A program made the translations under genes and the position numbers. This document shows, piece after piece, positions 49,730-60,800 of a DNA stretch of 64,000 nucleotides (within the stretch, counting starts at the first letter, position 1; every line of letters starts with the position of its first letter). The notes under the pieces were generated by a model. The model was not told the DNA's origin. It did no database searches and saw only the letters and a list, made by a program, of their open reading frames with translations. Origin of the DNA: an uncultured virus (IMG/VR IMGVR_UViG_3300028844_006632) (lineage: Duplodnaviria; Heunggongvirae; Uroviricota; Caudoviricetes); IMG/VR virus record IMGVR_UViG_3300028844_006632. One strand, written 5' to 3'.

Positions 49730-52234
49730 TTAAGAACAATAACCACCCGATGGATTTTCTGCGTTATCAGAGAACTTGATGTTACTAATGCCACCACCAG
49801 TATTTTTAACAAAATAGAATTTTTGTATAGTTGCTATATCGTTTTTATTAGGCACGGTGCTAAGTCCTACGTTAGTATAATAGTGAAGTAAGGAATTTTT
49901 CCATGGACCAGATCCACGAACAGGAGGTGATGATTCAACATTAACCGGAACTGCATATGTTAAGGATGCAGTTCCTTGTTCCGTTGGAACTACAAACACC
50001 AGTGCAGATGATGTTGACGTAGGTGGATCACCGGGTTGTATTTTACCCTCAACATCTTCTCCGCAATTTAACTTAATTCCATTGTCAAAACGAAATGATT
50101 TAGCCATTAATTCATCAAGTTGTGTTTGACTCATATTATTTGGATCTTCTTTACTATGCAATAATATTACCTGAGTTGCCATGTTGAATAGATTTCCACC
50201 ACCTTCTTGTTGAGCACTTTTGTATGCTTCAATTTCTGTCGCAAAATTTGGATCTATAATTTCAAACTCAGTTACATCAAGTGAGGTGGTCATTTGTCCA
50301 TAGGTTTTTCCATCTTTTTCAATCACAGGCCATGGTAACGGATCTCCGTTTTCGTCTGTTGCAAGTGGTGGCAACGATTCAAATCCCACTGCCTTTAGGT
50401 CATCAGGACCATACGGTTGCATAAGTGGACATGGAGTATATCCCGATTTTGTTGTTACTGCGACACAACTAAGTGCACCAGCAACATTATTATATGAAGT
50501 CAAATTACTAAACTCAACATCATATGTTTTTCCTTCGTATCCAAGAACCTTCCAATATTTGGAGAAGTGAGATTGTTGTTGGGCTAAAAATCCAATCCAC
50601 AAATCAGGATATGTTTTTGCACCCGCAGCCGGAGTTATTGTTCCTCTAAGTTCTAAGTTCATTTTAAAATCGTTGTTTGTTTTATCTTTGTGTGTAAATG
50701 CTGGTGTTGCAGTGAAATCAATTGAGCAATTATATTCACCTTCTGCTTGATCTGCTTTTAATCTAAATTTTACAGATGCGTTGTTGGATGAATCTGCTAT
50801 ATCAAATAACTTAACTGGTCCTTTTGATGGTGTATTTACATCAAGTCCAAATCCTTTTAAATCTTCCCACTCTCCGTTGTAATTGATTTCCCATGCAGAT
50901 GCGTTATCGGTTTCGTTTACTTGTGTAATTGCATAACTTCCAATCCACTTACGAGTAAATCCAATGGTTTTTGCATCACTTGGTCCACCTGTTCCGTCTT
51001 GGGTTAATTGATATTCACGTGTAATATAACGATTACTTCCACTACCATTCGTTGATGTAAGTGAAAAACTTGGAACTAAATTTAAAGTTTCAGATGCATT
51101 TATTTTATCGGTAATTTGACCAAGTTTTGCATAATCGTTTCCGTCTAATTTTTTATAGTTTGTAGTTGGATTAGTTTCATGTATACCATGCGACTCTACA
51201 CCCAATTCAACTGGATAAACCCAGTTACTTGCAGGTGCTTCATTACAATCCAATTCAAGTGATATATCCTTAGTTTCATTGAATGTTACATTTTCTAAAT
51301 CAAAAACAACGGGTGAACCACCTTTGTTAACTGCATTGAAATTCATTGCATCAACATCTTTATATGTCCACTTTGAATTAGAAAGTTTAGTATATGTATG
51401 CACCAAATCCACAGGTACTTTTACTGTATTTTTTTGATCATTTAATACAACACTTGATTTATTGTATTTTAAAATTCTATCAAAAACTTTTCCTTTGAAT
51501 ACCTTAGATTTACTAGCATTTGCATATAAAGGTGTTTCTCCATCGGTGTCTTTACTGCTTGCTTGTCCTGATAATTTTATTGTTATATCATATAATTTGT
51601 GAACATTATTTCCTGCTTGCAATCCATCTTTGAAATAAAAAGTAATTTTAATTGGACTTGGTGTTATATCCAAATTAGTATCACCTGCATTAAGTTGCAG
51701 TTTTGCTCCGTCTCCAATTGTATATTCCCAAGCAGTTGCGGGTCCTGATATGTTCATTGTAAGTAAATCTATGTTTTTATGAACAATTGTTAATTCAGTT
51801 TCTAATCCTGTGACACCCACTTCATACTCACGATATTGTTTGTCAAATTCTCCACCAAGACTTAATTCAGGTGCTGGTCCTTCTTCAAAACACATATCAA
51901 TTAATCTTTTCGATTCAGTTGTATTTGAATCAGTAAACTCAAAACTAGGAATATTTAATTTAGCATTTCCTTTTTTCAATACAACATAATAAGCACGTCC
52001 ACATTTGAGTGTAGTTAAAGATTGGGTGATTGTATCACCATGAACGTGGTCTGCGTATGTAGAATAAAAAATTGGACGACTTGTATCTGATCCGTTTATC
52101 TCATAGATATGGTCTATTTTACCTACCTCTACTTTATTATCATCTGATGTTAGATCATAGTCGTCACACTCACAACGACCATACCAACCCAACGCAATTC
52201 GTTTACTATTTGGCAATTGACTTAATTCTTCCAT
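49730..52234 (-). CDS. Modular protein: GWYG module, beta-rich middle region, LWIGF module
   Basis: GWYGRC...LKCGRAYYVVLKKG...IPSF; DLWIGF...FYFVK...NPSGGYC. Confidence 0.75.
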   Translation of the reverse strand: MEELSQLPNSKRIALGWYGRCECDDYDLTSDDNKVEVGKIDHIYEINGSDTSRPIFYSTYADHVHGDTITQSLTTLKCGRAYYVVLKKGNAKLNIPSFEFTDSNTTESKRLIDMCFEEGPAPELSLGGEFDKQYREYEVGVTGLETELTIVHKNIDLLTMNISGPATAWEYTIGDGAKLQLNAGDTNLDITPSPIKITFYFKDGLQAGNNVHKLYDITIKLSGQASSKDTDGETPLYANASKSKVFKGKVFDRILKYNKSSVVLNDQKNTVKVPVDLVHTYTKLSNSKWTYKDVDAMNFNAVNKGGSPVVFDLENVTFNETKDISLELDCNEAPASNWVYPVELGVESHGIHETNPTTNYKKLDGNDYAKLGQITDKINASETLNLVPSFSLTSTNGSGSNRYITREYQLTQDGTGGPSDAKTIGFTRKWIGSYAITQVNETDNASAWEINYNGEWEDLKGFGLDVNTPSKGPVKLFDIADSSNNASVKFRLKADQAEGEYNCSIDFTATPAFTHKDKTNNDFKMNLELRGTITPAAGAKTYPDLWIGFLAQQQSHFSKYWKVLGYEGKTYDVEFSNLTSYNNVAGALSCVAVTTKSGYTPCPLMQPYGPDDLKAVGFESLPPLATDENGDPLPWPVIEKDGKTYGQMTTSLDVTEFEIIDPNFATEIEAYKSAQQEGGGNLFNMATQVILLHSKEDPNNMSQTQLDELMAKSFRFDNGIKLNCGEDVEGKIQPGDPPTSTSSALVFVVPTEQGTASLTYAVPVNVESSPPVRGSGPWKNSLLHYYTNVGLSTVPNKNDIATIQKFYFVKNTGGGISNIKFSDNAENPSGGYCS

Positions 52235-52251
52235 AATATTTTATTCCATTG

Positions 52252-53007
52252 TTACGCATCTAATACGCATATTCCTTGTAAATTAATTATTCCTGTTAAA
52301 CACGTTCCTTTTAGAAAACCGTATTTTTCTATATCATTGTATTTTACATCATCTATTGTAAATTTAACTTCTGTGTTTTCTTTTAATTTGCCAAACATAG
52401 CAACTGAACCTAAGTAAATCTTTTCATTATTATGATTTAAATAGAATTTTGTGCTACTTGGAAATCCTGTTAGTATCTCACCAAAGCATAATTCTCCTGA
52501 AAATTTAAAAGGCATCGTTGTAACATTATCTTCAAATTTGCGAGTAAAATACGATACTGCATAAATATTTGAAGCATCTGCACAACATTCATAAATCGGA
52601 GATGATACCTTTGGAAATATTTTATTTTCATCATAACCAGATGGTTCACCACCACAATTCTCTGTAAGTCTGTGTGGATTATCTGTTCCGTGACTAGAAA
52701 ATACGAAACCTGGAATATCAATGCTTCCGTTTCCTTTTTTTAATATAATTCTATAAATCGTACCACACTCTAATTGTTTTATTGGTAAATTTTTAATCAA
52801 CAATGACATTGTGTATGTACCTTTATATGAAACAAGACCTTGATTATTTGTACTTGTAGCATAAATTGCATATATACTATCGTATTTATACGAATATGTA
52901 GAACCTTCAATATTCAGCAAATCAAATGGTTCACATTCATTCTTGCAAGTACCATACCACCCTGAATAGTACATTAAACTTGTTTCGTTTTGATTTAGTA
53001 TTGCCAT
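52252..53007 (-). CDS. Modular protein: GWYG module plus CC module
   Basis: GWYGTC...CEPFDL...LECGTIYRIILKKG...IPGF; ECC...SGELCFG. Confidence 0.75.
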   Translation of the reverse strand: MAILNQNETSLMYYSGWYGTCKNECEPFDLLNIEGSTYSYKYDSIYAIYATSTNNQGLVSYKGTYTMSLLIKNLPIKQLECGTIYRIILKKGNGSIDIPGFVFSSHGTDNPHRLTENCGGEPSGYDENKIFPKVSSPIYECCADASNIYAVSYFTRKFEDNVTTMPFKFSGELCFGEILTGFPSSTKFYLNHNNEKIYLGSVAMFGKLKENTEVKFTIDDVKYNDIEKYGFLKGTCLTGIINLQGICVLDA

Positions 53008-53008
53008 G

Positions 53009-56000
53009 TTAATAATCCGTTGTTTTCTCCAACATAATAACCTCAGATGCTAATGAGATTATTCCAATCCAACACACTTGGTCTGAACCTTGTTTGTAAA
53101 TTATTTCGGAATTATCTATTACATTTTTAGATGTAAATGATAATATACCACCAAACGACTCATCACTTGCAACGATTCCGAAACCGTAATCAGGTGCGGA
53201 AATATTTTCATCATAATTTTGTATACACAACTTATCATTTGAAGTAAATCCAGAAATAGTAATTCCGTTTTCTGTGTATGGATTATTCCCACTTGCGATT
53301 TCTTCAGTTATTCCAAATGAAGTCAATCCATTACAACAATCATCGGATGGTTCGTCTTCAATTCGTGTGGGTGTAGGTGATTTCAAAGTTTCATCATCTG
53401 TTGGTGTGGGTGTAGGTGATTTAAATTCTTTATCAGTTTGCTCGTTATTTTGCTTTTTCAAAATTAATACATCAGTTGTTGTATTTATTTCTGCTATATA
53501 ACAAACACCACCCGAGGTAGTAAACGACAAAGTAGAACCATTTGTTACTGCTTTTGCTGAAAATGTTATTATACCAGAAAATGTTTCTAATTCATCTATA
53601 AAACTCAGTGTCAAATCAGGAGCAGATACATTTTCTTCATAATTTTGCAAGCAGACCTTACCACCGATAATAAATCCTGAAATTGTAATCCCATTTTGAG
53701 TATATGATTCGGTTGCATTCTCAATTGATTCGGTTATTTCCACAACCAAATCATCTTCACCACAACACTCTATTGGTGAATCGTCATCTAAAAATGTAGG
53801 TGTTGGTGATGTAGAATCTTCTTCCTCTGTGAATGTCGGTGTAAACGATGGTGTTTCACTGGGAGTTTCCGTTGGTGTGAAAGACGGTGTATATGTAGGA
53901 GTTAAAGTTGGTGTAGGTGATGGTGTATATGTAGGTGTTGGAGTAAATGTTGGACTTGGAGTTGGTGTTGGAGTTGGATGAAATATAAACTCAACTTCAA
54001 TATCTTCAATAATTTTCTTTTTTTCAGTTAAAGTTTCTTTTATTGAGTCTTTTGTTTCTTCAATTTTATTATCAACCAAATCTTTCTGTTCCACGATTTC
54101 TTTAACATACTCAATGGTTGATAATATGTTTTTTGCTACATTTTGTATTTCATCAACGAAGTCAACTTCTTCTTCACCTTCGGATGGTTGAATTTCAGTA
54201 TCAATAGTTTCAATAACAACTTCAGATATAGATTTTACATTACTTACAATATTACTTTCTTCGGTGATGCTTTCCACTTTATCTTCGGATACTACATTCT
54301 TTACAATATCCACAACTTTTGTGTTAATAAGTTCTTTTATATTAACATCTTCATTGGATTCTTCTTCCGCAACTTTTGTTTTTTCAAATTCAGTTACAAT
54401 AGACTCAAATATATTATCTTCTTCAACGGAAGTTTCAACTTCTGTTACGATATTTTTAAGAGTTTCTGTAATCACCGAAAGTTTTGCATTTGCTTTTAAA
54501 ACTTTCGTATTTGATTCATTGATATAATCTGTTTCTAAATCTTCCGCAGGTATTTCAAATTTCTTTGCAACAAAAGTTTTTGTTTCAACAATGATAGTAT
54601 CTACTTCGTCTAAGTCGATTTCCTCTTCTTCTGATTTTTCTTCAATAATCTTTTTGATTTTATTTTCTACCATTGCAGATTTAAGTGTTGTAACAGGACT
54701 AATGTTTATAGTCTTTGACGACAATTCAATTGTTTCTTTTTTAGTTGCTATATTTGAAAATGTTGTTTTAACTTCTTTATTAGTTAGAATGTCAGTTCCA
54801 CCCGGTAAGAATTTTATTTTGTATAAAGTTGGAAGTTCATTATCAGGAACCACAATACTCCATTTACCATAAGCATCGGTTACAAATTCTTTTATTATTT
54901 CATCGGTTTCTAAATCTATTAATTGTCCTGGTGCATTTTTTATGTAACCATCAAGTAAATATCCACCCAAATCAATATCAATTATTGTCGGAGTTGGTGT
55001 ATACGAAGGTGTTGGTGTATACGAAGGTGTTGGGGTAAAAGTAAGAGTGGGTGAATCACTCGGAGATGGTGTTATGGATGGTGAGTGTGGTGTGTCCTTA
55101 ATTGAAGGTGAATAAGACGGAGTATACGACTCTGTTGTTGTTGGTGTAAATGTTGGAGACGGTGAATCAGTCGGAGTTGGTGAATCAGTCGGAGTTGGTG
55201 AATCAGTCGGTGTTGGTGATGTAGTTTTTGTGGGTGTGGGTGTAGGTGTGGGTGTAGGTGTTGGGGTTTTTTCACGAATATAACGAGTAAAACGGTATAC
55301 ATTTATTTCGTGTTGTGTTTGTGGAATAACTTCAATCGTAGGTGATGCTATATAACAAAGATTTCCTTTTGAATATACAATTTTATCATCATCAATGAAT
55401 TTACCTGAAATTGTGATCGCACCTGCAGGTGCAGTTTCTTCTCCGAAAAACGCATAATAAGTTTTAGGCAACTCAGGATCACTATCACCGAAACACAAAG
55501 TTGCACCTATACCATCGTTTCTATACCACTCGGCACTTAGATTTGCTTCCGCAGGATTCGGAGATGCTTGTATTTCATATGTAAATGATGTTCCGTCTCC
55601 TTGCCATACTCCACAATCTACGCAACAATCCTTCAGATACAATCCTTGTGATCGTGTAACTACATAATCTTCGTGGAATAACGAAGGAAGATGCTTTGCA
55701 GAAAAAGATAATGAAGGAAGTAGTCCACGATCAACCTGTGTTTGATAATATACATCAAAATCATTTATATCAAGTATCGGAGACTTTCCACGTTGAAGAA
55801 CCCATGATTGAAATGCTGACATTATATTAACATCCGATACATTTATCGCACCTGTTTCTGTGAAATTAGAACAATCAAATCCATAGTGTGGATCTGTGGG
55901 CATATCTTTAACAGGACGAGAAAGTGGTGGAAGAGTTCCTTTATCAACCAACGATTGATAATATTCCATAAACTTTTCTTTGTTGGCAAGGTCGAGTTCT

Positions 56001-56122
56001 TGAGAACTTTCGTTTGTTACTCCAAGTGCATCTACCCAAGACTGAAATGCAGCGAGTATATTTACATCACTGATATTTATTCTACCAGTTCTTGTGTAAT
56101 TATCATGGCAACATAAACTCAT
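53009..56122 (-). CDS. Large modular protein: paired dockerin-like repeats, three CC modules, long Pro/Thr/Ser linkers, acidic helical region
   Basis: [22 protein letters not shown] / [22 protein letters not shown]; ~95-aa PT/PS tract; LLDGYI...TDAYG...GGTD...ISPVTTL domain. Confidence 0.8.
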   Translation of the reverse strand: MSLCCHDNYTRTGRINISDVNILAAFQSWVDALGVTNESSQELDLANKEKFMEYYQSLVDKGTLPPLSRPVKDMPTDPHYGFDCSNFTETGAINVSDVNIMSAFQSWVLQRGKSPILDINDFDVYYQTQVDRGLLPSLSFSAKHLPSLFHEDYVVTRSQGLYLKDCCVDCGVWQGDGTSFTYEIQASPNPAEANLSAEWYRNDGIGATLCFGDSDPELPKTYYAFFGEETAPAGAITISGKFIDDDKIVYSKGNLCYIASPTIEVIPQTQHEINVYRFTRYIREKTPTPTPTPTPTPTKTTSPTPTDSPTPTDSPTPTDSPSPTFTPTTTESYTPSYSPSIKDTPHSPSITPSPSDSPTLTFTPTPSYTPTPSYTPTPTIIDIDLGGYLLDGYIKNAPGQLIDLETDEIIKEFVTDAYGKWSIVVPDNELPTLYKIKFLPGGTDILTNKEVKTTFSNIATKKETIELSSKTINISPVTTLKSAMVENKIKKIIEEKSEEEEIDLDEVDTIIVETKTFVAKKFEIPAEDLETDYINESNTKVLKANAKLSVITETLKNIVTEVETSVEEDNIFESIVTEFEKTKVAEEESNEDVNIKELINTKVVDIVKNVVSEDKVESITEESNIVSNVKSISEVVIETIDTEIQPSEGEEEVDFVDEIQNVAKNILSTIEYVKEIVEQKDLVDNKIEETKDSIKETLTEKKKIIEDIEVEFIFHPTPTPTPSPTFTPTPTYTPSPTPTLTPTYTPSFTPTETPSETPSFTPTFTEEEDSTSPTPTFLDDDSPIECCGEDDLVVEITESIENATESYTQNGITISGFIIGGKVCLQNYEENVSAPDLTLSFIDELETFSGIITFSAKAVTNGSTLSFTTSGGVCYIAEINTTTDVLILKKQNNEQTDKEFKSPTPTPTDDETLKSPTPTRIEDEPSDDCCNGLTSFGITEEIASGNNPYTENGITISGFTSNDKLCIQNYDENISAPDYGFGIVASDESFGGILSFTSKNVIDNSEIIYKQGSDQVCWIGIISLASEVIMLEKTTDY
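55161..55215. repeat. Coding tandem repeat, 3 x 18 nt (PTDSPT)
   Basis: ggtgaatcagtcggagtt repeated within the Pro/Thr linker. Confidence 0.85.
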
Positions 56123-56133
56123 AATTTAATCTC

Positions 56134-57852
56134 CTAGCAAGCACTTCCCCTTGGATTTCCTTGTGAGAAATCAATTTTTTGTGATTCGTCTGTTCCTCTA
56201 ATAAAGTAAAACTCTTTTATACCGATTCGGTTTTCACCACTTGAGTCATTCATTAACGATGTGGGTTGTGGTGCAGTATAAACCATATTTGCTCCTGCCC
56301 AAGGTTTACCGGGTGCTAAGTAACCATGATTCGGTCCCCAATGTCCGTATTTAGCAAGAAAGTTTCCACGTTGCGAATCAAACGCATCTATTCTCAAATT
56401 AGCAAATAAAGTTGGTTGCTCCAATTCATAGTTCCATTCATCGTTACATTTCAAACTAAGCAAACTTGAATTAAACGAACTTGCTCTTTGTTGTGAATTT
56501 AGTTTCTCTCCAGGTCTATTTTCACTCATTGTTATCATAATCCCCTGAATATTAGATACTCTTGCACGGTCTGCTTTTTTACCATTTGCCCAATTCCACA
56601 AATCGGTATCATAATCTGAATCACTAATAACAAATCTTGAGTATCCCATCGGAACGGTTACCGTAACTTCAAGGTTACCTGCTGTATTTTTCTTGATTAT
56701 CGCACCATTTAATTGGGAAATTGTTACTCCATATACCACCGAAGGATCATTTGCAAACGGTGATAATATCTCTGATATATAATTTTCATCTTGAAATACA
56801 TCTCCCTCTTTAACTTCATTCAAATTAAAGTTTTCACGGAACTTGTTGTAACCTTCAAGATTGTCAAATGGAACGGTTACCTCTTTTGTATCAATCGTAT
56901 CAACTTCATAAAATGGAGAATAATATCCTTCACCTGTAAATCCAATCCAAAGTTTTTCTTTTGGTGTATAGGTTGGAGTTGGTGTTCTTGTGGGTGTTGG
57001 AGTTGGAGTTGGATCAGCAACTGCTGGTGTACACAAAATATAATCGTATGTATTGCGTTCAATTGTTGTATCGAAAATATTTGCAGAAACAACTTCTATT
57101 TCACCATCGTTTGCAGTTTCATATGGAATTCTAAATTTAAATGATGTTTCATATTCTTCTTCAAATGAAATACCTTTTCCAAATTCACGAAGATCAGCAA
57201 ATCCAAATTTATTAAAACGATTTTTATTTCGTCCATAACTCATCATGCTTGTGGTTCTTTCCGACAATTCTTTATACAAATCAGATTTTTCAGTATCTTC
57301 TTTTCCTATCGCAGAAACGTATTTTTCATCGAAAGTAATCGCAAGTATTTTCTCGGTATTTAATACAAGATTGTGATTAAATATAATTTCAACTCCACGA
57401 ATAAATTTATTGGTTCCTGCGGGATCAAGTGAATATAAGTTGATTGTTAAATCAAAACGATCAGGACGAATATTATCAACGAAAAACGAACATTCAATTA
57501 CAGGTACACAATTCTCTGTGATTCGTTTAGGTGTAGCATCTTCATCAGTTTTAGCAAATGTTCCTACTGCTAAGTTTGGTATTTCGAGTTCTTCGTCAGG
57601 ATTTATTTTATCCGTGGATTTTAATTTAATTACATATGGAATACCACATATTAGTTCATTAAAGTCTCCGAGATTTAAATTATCAGTAGATGATGACCAA
57701 TGCATCCAACCACTATTAATATCTGACACCTGAAAAACAAAATCAATTTTATCTTTGTATTCTGTTAAATCTAAACTTATACACTCAGGATCATCACAAT
57801 CTCCGTGCCAAACTAAATTATATATTTTATTCAATAATCCCATTTTATCCAA
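56134..57852 (-). CDS. Modular protein: GWYG module, cohesin-like domain, Pro/Thr linker, LWIGF module
   Basis: Middle domain FDLTINL...IRGVEIIFN...FGFADL...FKFRIP...IEVVSANIFD parallels the C-terminus of 48238-49290. Confidence 0.7.
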   Translation of the reverse strand: MDKMGLLNKIYNLVWHGDCDDPECISLDLTEYKDKIDFVFQVSDINSGWMHWSSSTDNLNLGDFNELICGIPYVIKLKSTDKINPDEELEIPNLAVGTFAKTDEDATPKRITENCVPVIECSFFVDNIRPDRFDLTINLYSLDPAGTNKFIRGVEIIFNHNLVLNTEKILAITFDEKYVSAIGKEDTEKSDLYKELSERTTSMMSYGRNKNRFNKFGFADLREFGKGISFEEEYETSFKFRIPYETANDGEIEVVSANIFDTTIERNTYDYILCTPAVADPTPTPTPTRTPTPTYTPKEKLWIGFTGEGYYSPFYEVDTIDTKEVTVPFDNLEGYNKFRENFNLNEVKEGDVFQDENYISEILSPFANDPSVVYGVTISQLNGAIIKKNTAGNLEVTVTVPMGYSRFVISDSDYDTDLWNWANGKKADRARVSNIQGIMITMSENRPGEKLNSQQRASSFNSSLLSLKCNDEWNYELEQPTLFANLRIDAFDSQRGNFLAKYGHWGPNHGYLAPGKPWAGANMVYTAPQPTSLMNDSSGENRIGIKEFYFIRGTDESQKIDFSQGNPRGSAC

Positions 57853-60800
57853 GTTCCTTTAACATACATTTATCTCCCTCAATTTCACCTGACCAACAAG
57901 TACCTGAAAGATATGGATATCCATATTTCTCTGCAATTGTAGAGTCTTCAATCGTGAAATATATCGTTGTATGTTCATTAACATTACCCATAAATATTAT
58001 CGTACCTATGGCTTTATCCGAATCTACGTATAAACTTACCTCATTTATTAAAAGATTTTTCACATCACCCTTACCAGAATCCACACAAACTACACCTCCG
58101 TATAGTTGTTTACCGATGGTAATTTGATTTTCACCATCAACAATTGTATCAATTGTAGGACCAACTTCATACTGATTTAACCATGCACGACAACATTCAA
58201 TTTCACCACAATCTTCACCTTCTACTATAACTTGCCACGCATCACTTGCATCGTTTTCCCAAACTGCTTCTGTGATACATGAACTTGCATATGATGTAAA
58301 TGTACTATTAAGCAATGTCCATGTTCTATCGTCACGAATTTCTCTACACTCAGTTTCTACAATACTTGTTTGTGTTGGTGTCGGTGTAATTGTTGGTGTT
58401 TCTGTTGGTGTTGGTGTTGCAGGACATATTGTAGAATCATATAACTCTTCAATGTATTGTGCTGATAATTCGTCTTCGTAAAATGCAAAACTATAAATTA
58501 CACCATTCATATACGAGTCGTCATTTGAACCCACTGCGTTTGCCCTACCTAAATGCATTTTGTGAGTAGGATGATAATTTATACCACTTGACTTTTCCGT
58601 AGTTCCAATTAATACTCCATTTAAATATAAACTCATGCTTGTATCACCTATTACACAATGTGCATGATGACGATCATTCCATTCAATAGAATCATCCGAT
58701 GAACTTATTTTATATTCGATTCCACTTTGATTTTTCACTCCCAAAGTTAAGCATCCTTTTTGTCCACTTTTTTTGTCGTATGATAAATAAAATGCTTCGT
58801 AATCATCGGTGCGATTGTTTTGTTGAAATACAATATATTGTGAATCAGAATTTCCTTCACCAGTTGATACTGTATTTCCTCGTATTTCAAATACTACACC
58901 GAATGATATTATAGGCATATTTCTTTTGTATGTAGGAAATGATATAAAACTTCCATTTGCTTGTAAATTGATTCCAAGTTCACATACTCGTTCGGCAAGT
59001 GATACATCCCCAGAAATACTTGCGTTATTTAAATTATCAGTTGCATCGTTCCATATTCTTTGAATAATATTCAACGAGTTTGTTTCAAGTGAAATGCTCG
59101 GTTCAATTCTGTTAAATGAAGTTGGTGTTGGAGTTGGTGTTGGGGTTGGATCAGATTTTGGTGTGTCGTCGCATTCTCCTGCATATTCAAGCATATTTTC
59201 AAATCCACTTTGTGATTCAAGTTTTCCTTTATAGTATTTTCCACTTGGAGATACATAAACCACTTCGTTGTTGATAAACGGAGCAACGGTATTGATTATT
59301 CCAAGAATTGAATCACCACCCACTTCAATTTTAACTCCGTATTGTGATCCTTGTCCAGCAAGTGCAGATTCTGTATCAAGATTATTATAGCATAATGTTC
59401 CACCTGCTTCAAAAAACTTCACACCCAAACCATTAACAGAAGCACGAGTAGCATTGTCACCATATGTTGGAATTGTATTATCGTATGAATCACAACAAGC
59501 AAGAACTCCTGATGATAACTCAGATGCTTTTATTATTTTGGTGGATAAATTATTAAAATTATCTAAATCAAATGTAATAAGTGGCATTTTAGTTGTAATT
59601 GGTCTTCTTTTAGAGTAAATCGGTTTATTTTGACATAATCTATTCTCACCAAACTTTTGCTGATATGCAGCCTGACGATAATCAACTGCATCACGTATTG
59701 ATGAAATTACTTTCCAATCTTGTAGAGGATCTACTAGTTTATATCCTCCGTTTAAATGTGGATTCAAACGAACGGTTCTAAAACTTACACTTCGTTTTCC
59801 ACAGTTGTCACCAATATCATATTTCCAAACTATTTTATTTATTGCAGAAATATCCATTGGTTTTCTTAAAAACAATGTAAAATATCCTCCACAACTCGTA
59901 ATCGGTATACCCCAATTACTTTCATCATCTTCAAACATATACTCAGGATTACCTGTCATACCGTGTGATGCTATTTTATTATTTTGTCCTGCACAATATG
60001 CGTGTTGTGCTTCATTACCAAATGGATCAATAAGTGTAAAATCTTCTATATTAAATTTAGTATTATTTCTGTATAGTGCGAAGTATTTTGTTCCAAAATG
60101 AACCGGATTTTCACTCGAACCTTCATATGAAAATCTAATGGCATTAATATAACGATTATCATCGGTAAACGCAGGTATTCCATTCTCGGGTGTAAATTCA
60201 ATGCTACCAGTAGGTCCTAAGCAATCATCATCACCTGTATGTTCCATGTCTATTTGCCATCCTGTGGATTCTTCTACTCTGACACAAATCTCAGGAGGAT
60301 AACACAACTCAATACACCTACACATTTGAAACCAATGATGTGACTTGCCAGGTTCATCCATTGCTTCTGTTCCTTGATAATCATGTGCTTGATATAAATA
60401 ACCATTATACGAAACGATAGACTTCCACTTATATGCTCTTGGAAACCAAGGAGCATATTCATCACACCAGCATACAATATCTTCAAATGTGGGTGTAGGT
60501 GAAGGAGTTGGAGTAGGTGTAGGTGTGAATGTAGGACTTGGTGTAGGAGTAGGAGTCTCCATTCTGTACATATCCCGTTCACACGAACATAAAAATTCCC
60601 AGTGAATACTTTTACTTGGTTCATCGTCAGCATCGTTTATATCTCCATAGGCTGCCCATAAATTGCCCATATGAACCACTACATCACCATCTTTGTATAA
60701 ATTTAAATCACTGCCCACCGACAACATCTTTTCACCCGAATAATCGTCTGTGTAGTAGTTCCATATTACTCTTGTTAAATCACGATACCTTACTTTATTA

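Noticed and set aside
53795..55270. Telomere-like or microsatellite GGTGTN arrays
   Set aside because: They are the antisense of Thr-Pro codons with synonymous variation inside an ORF
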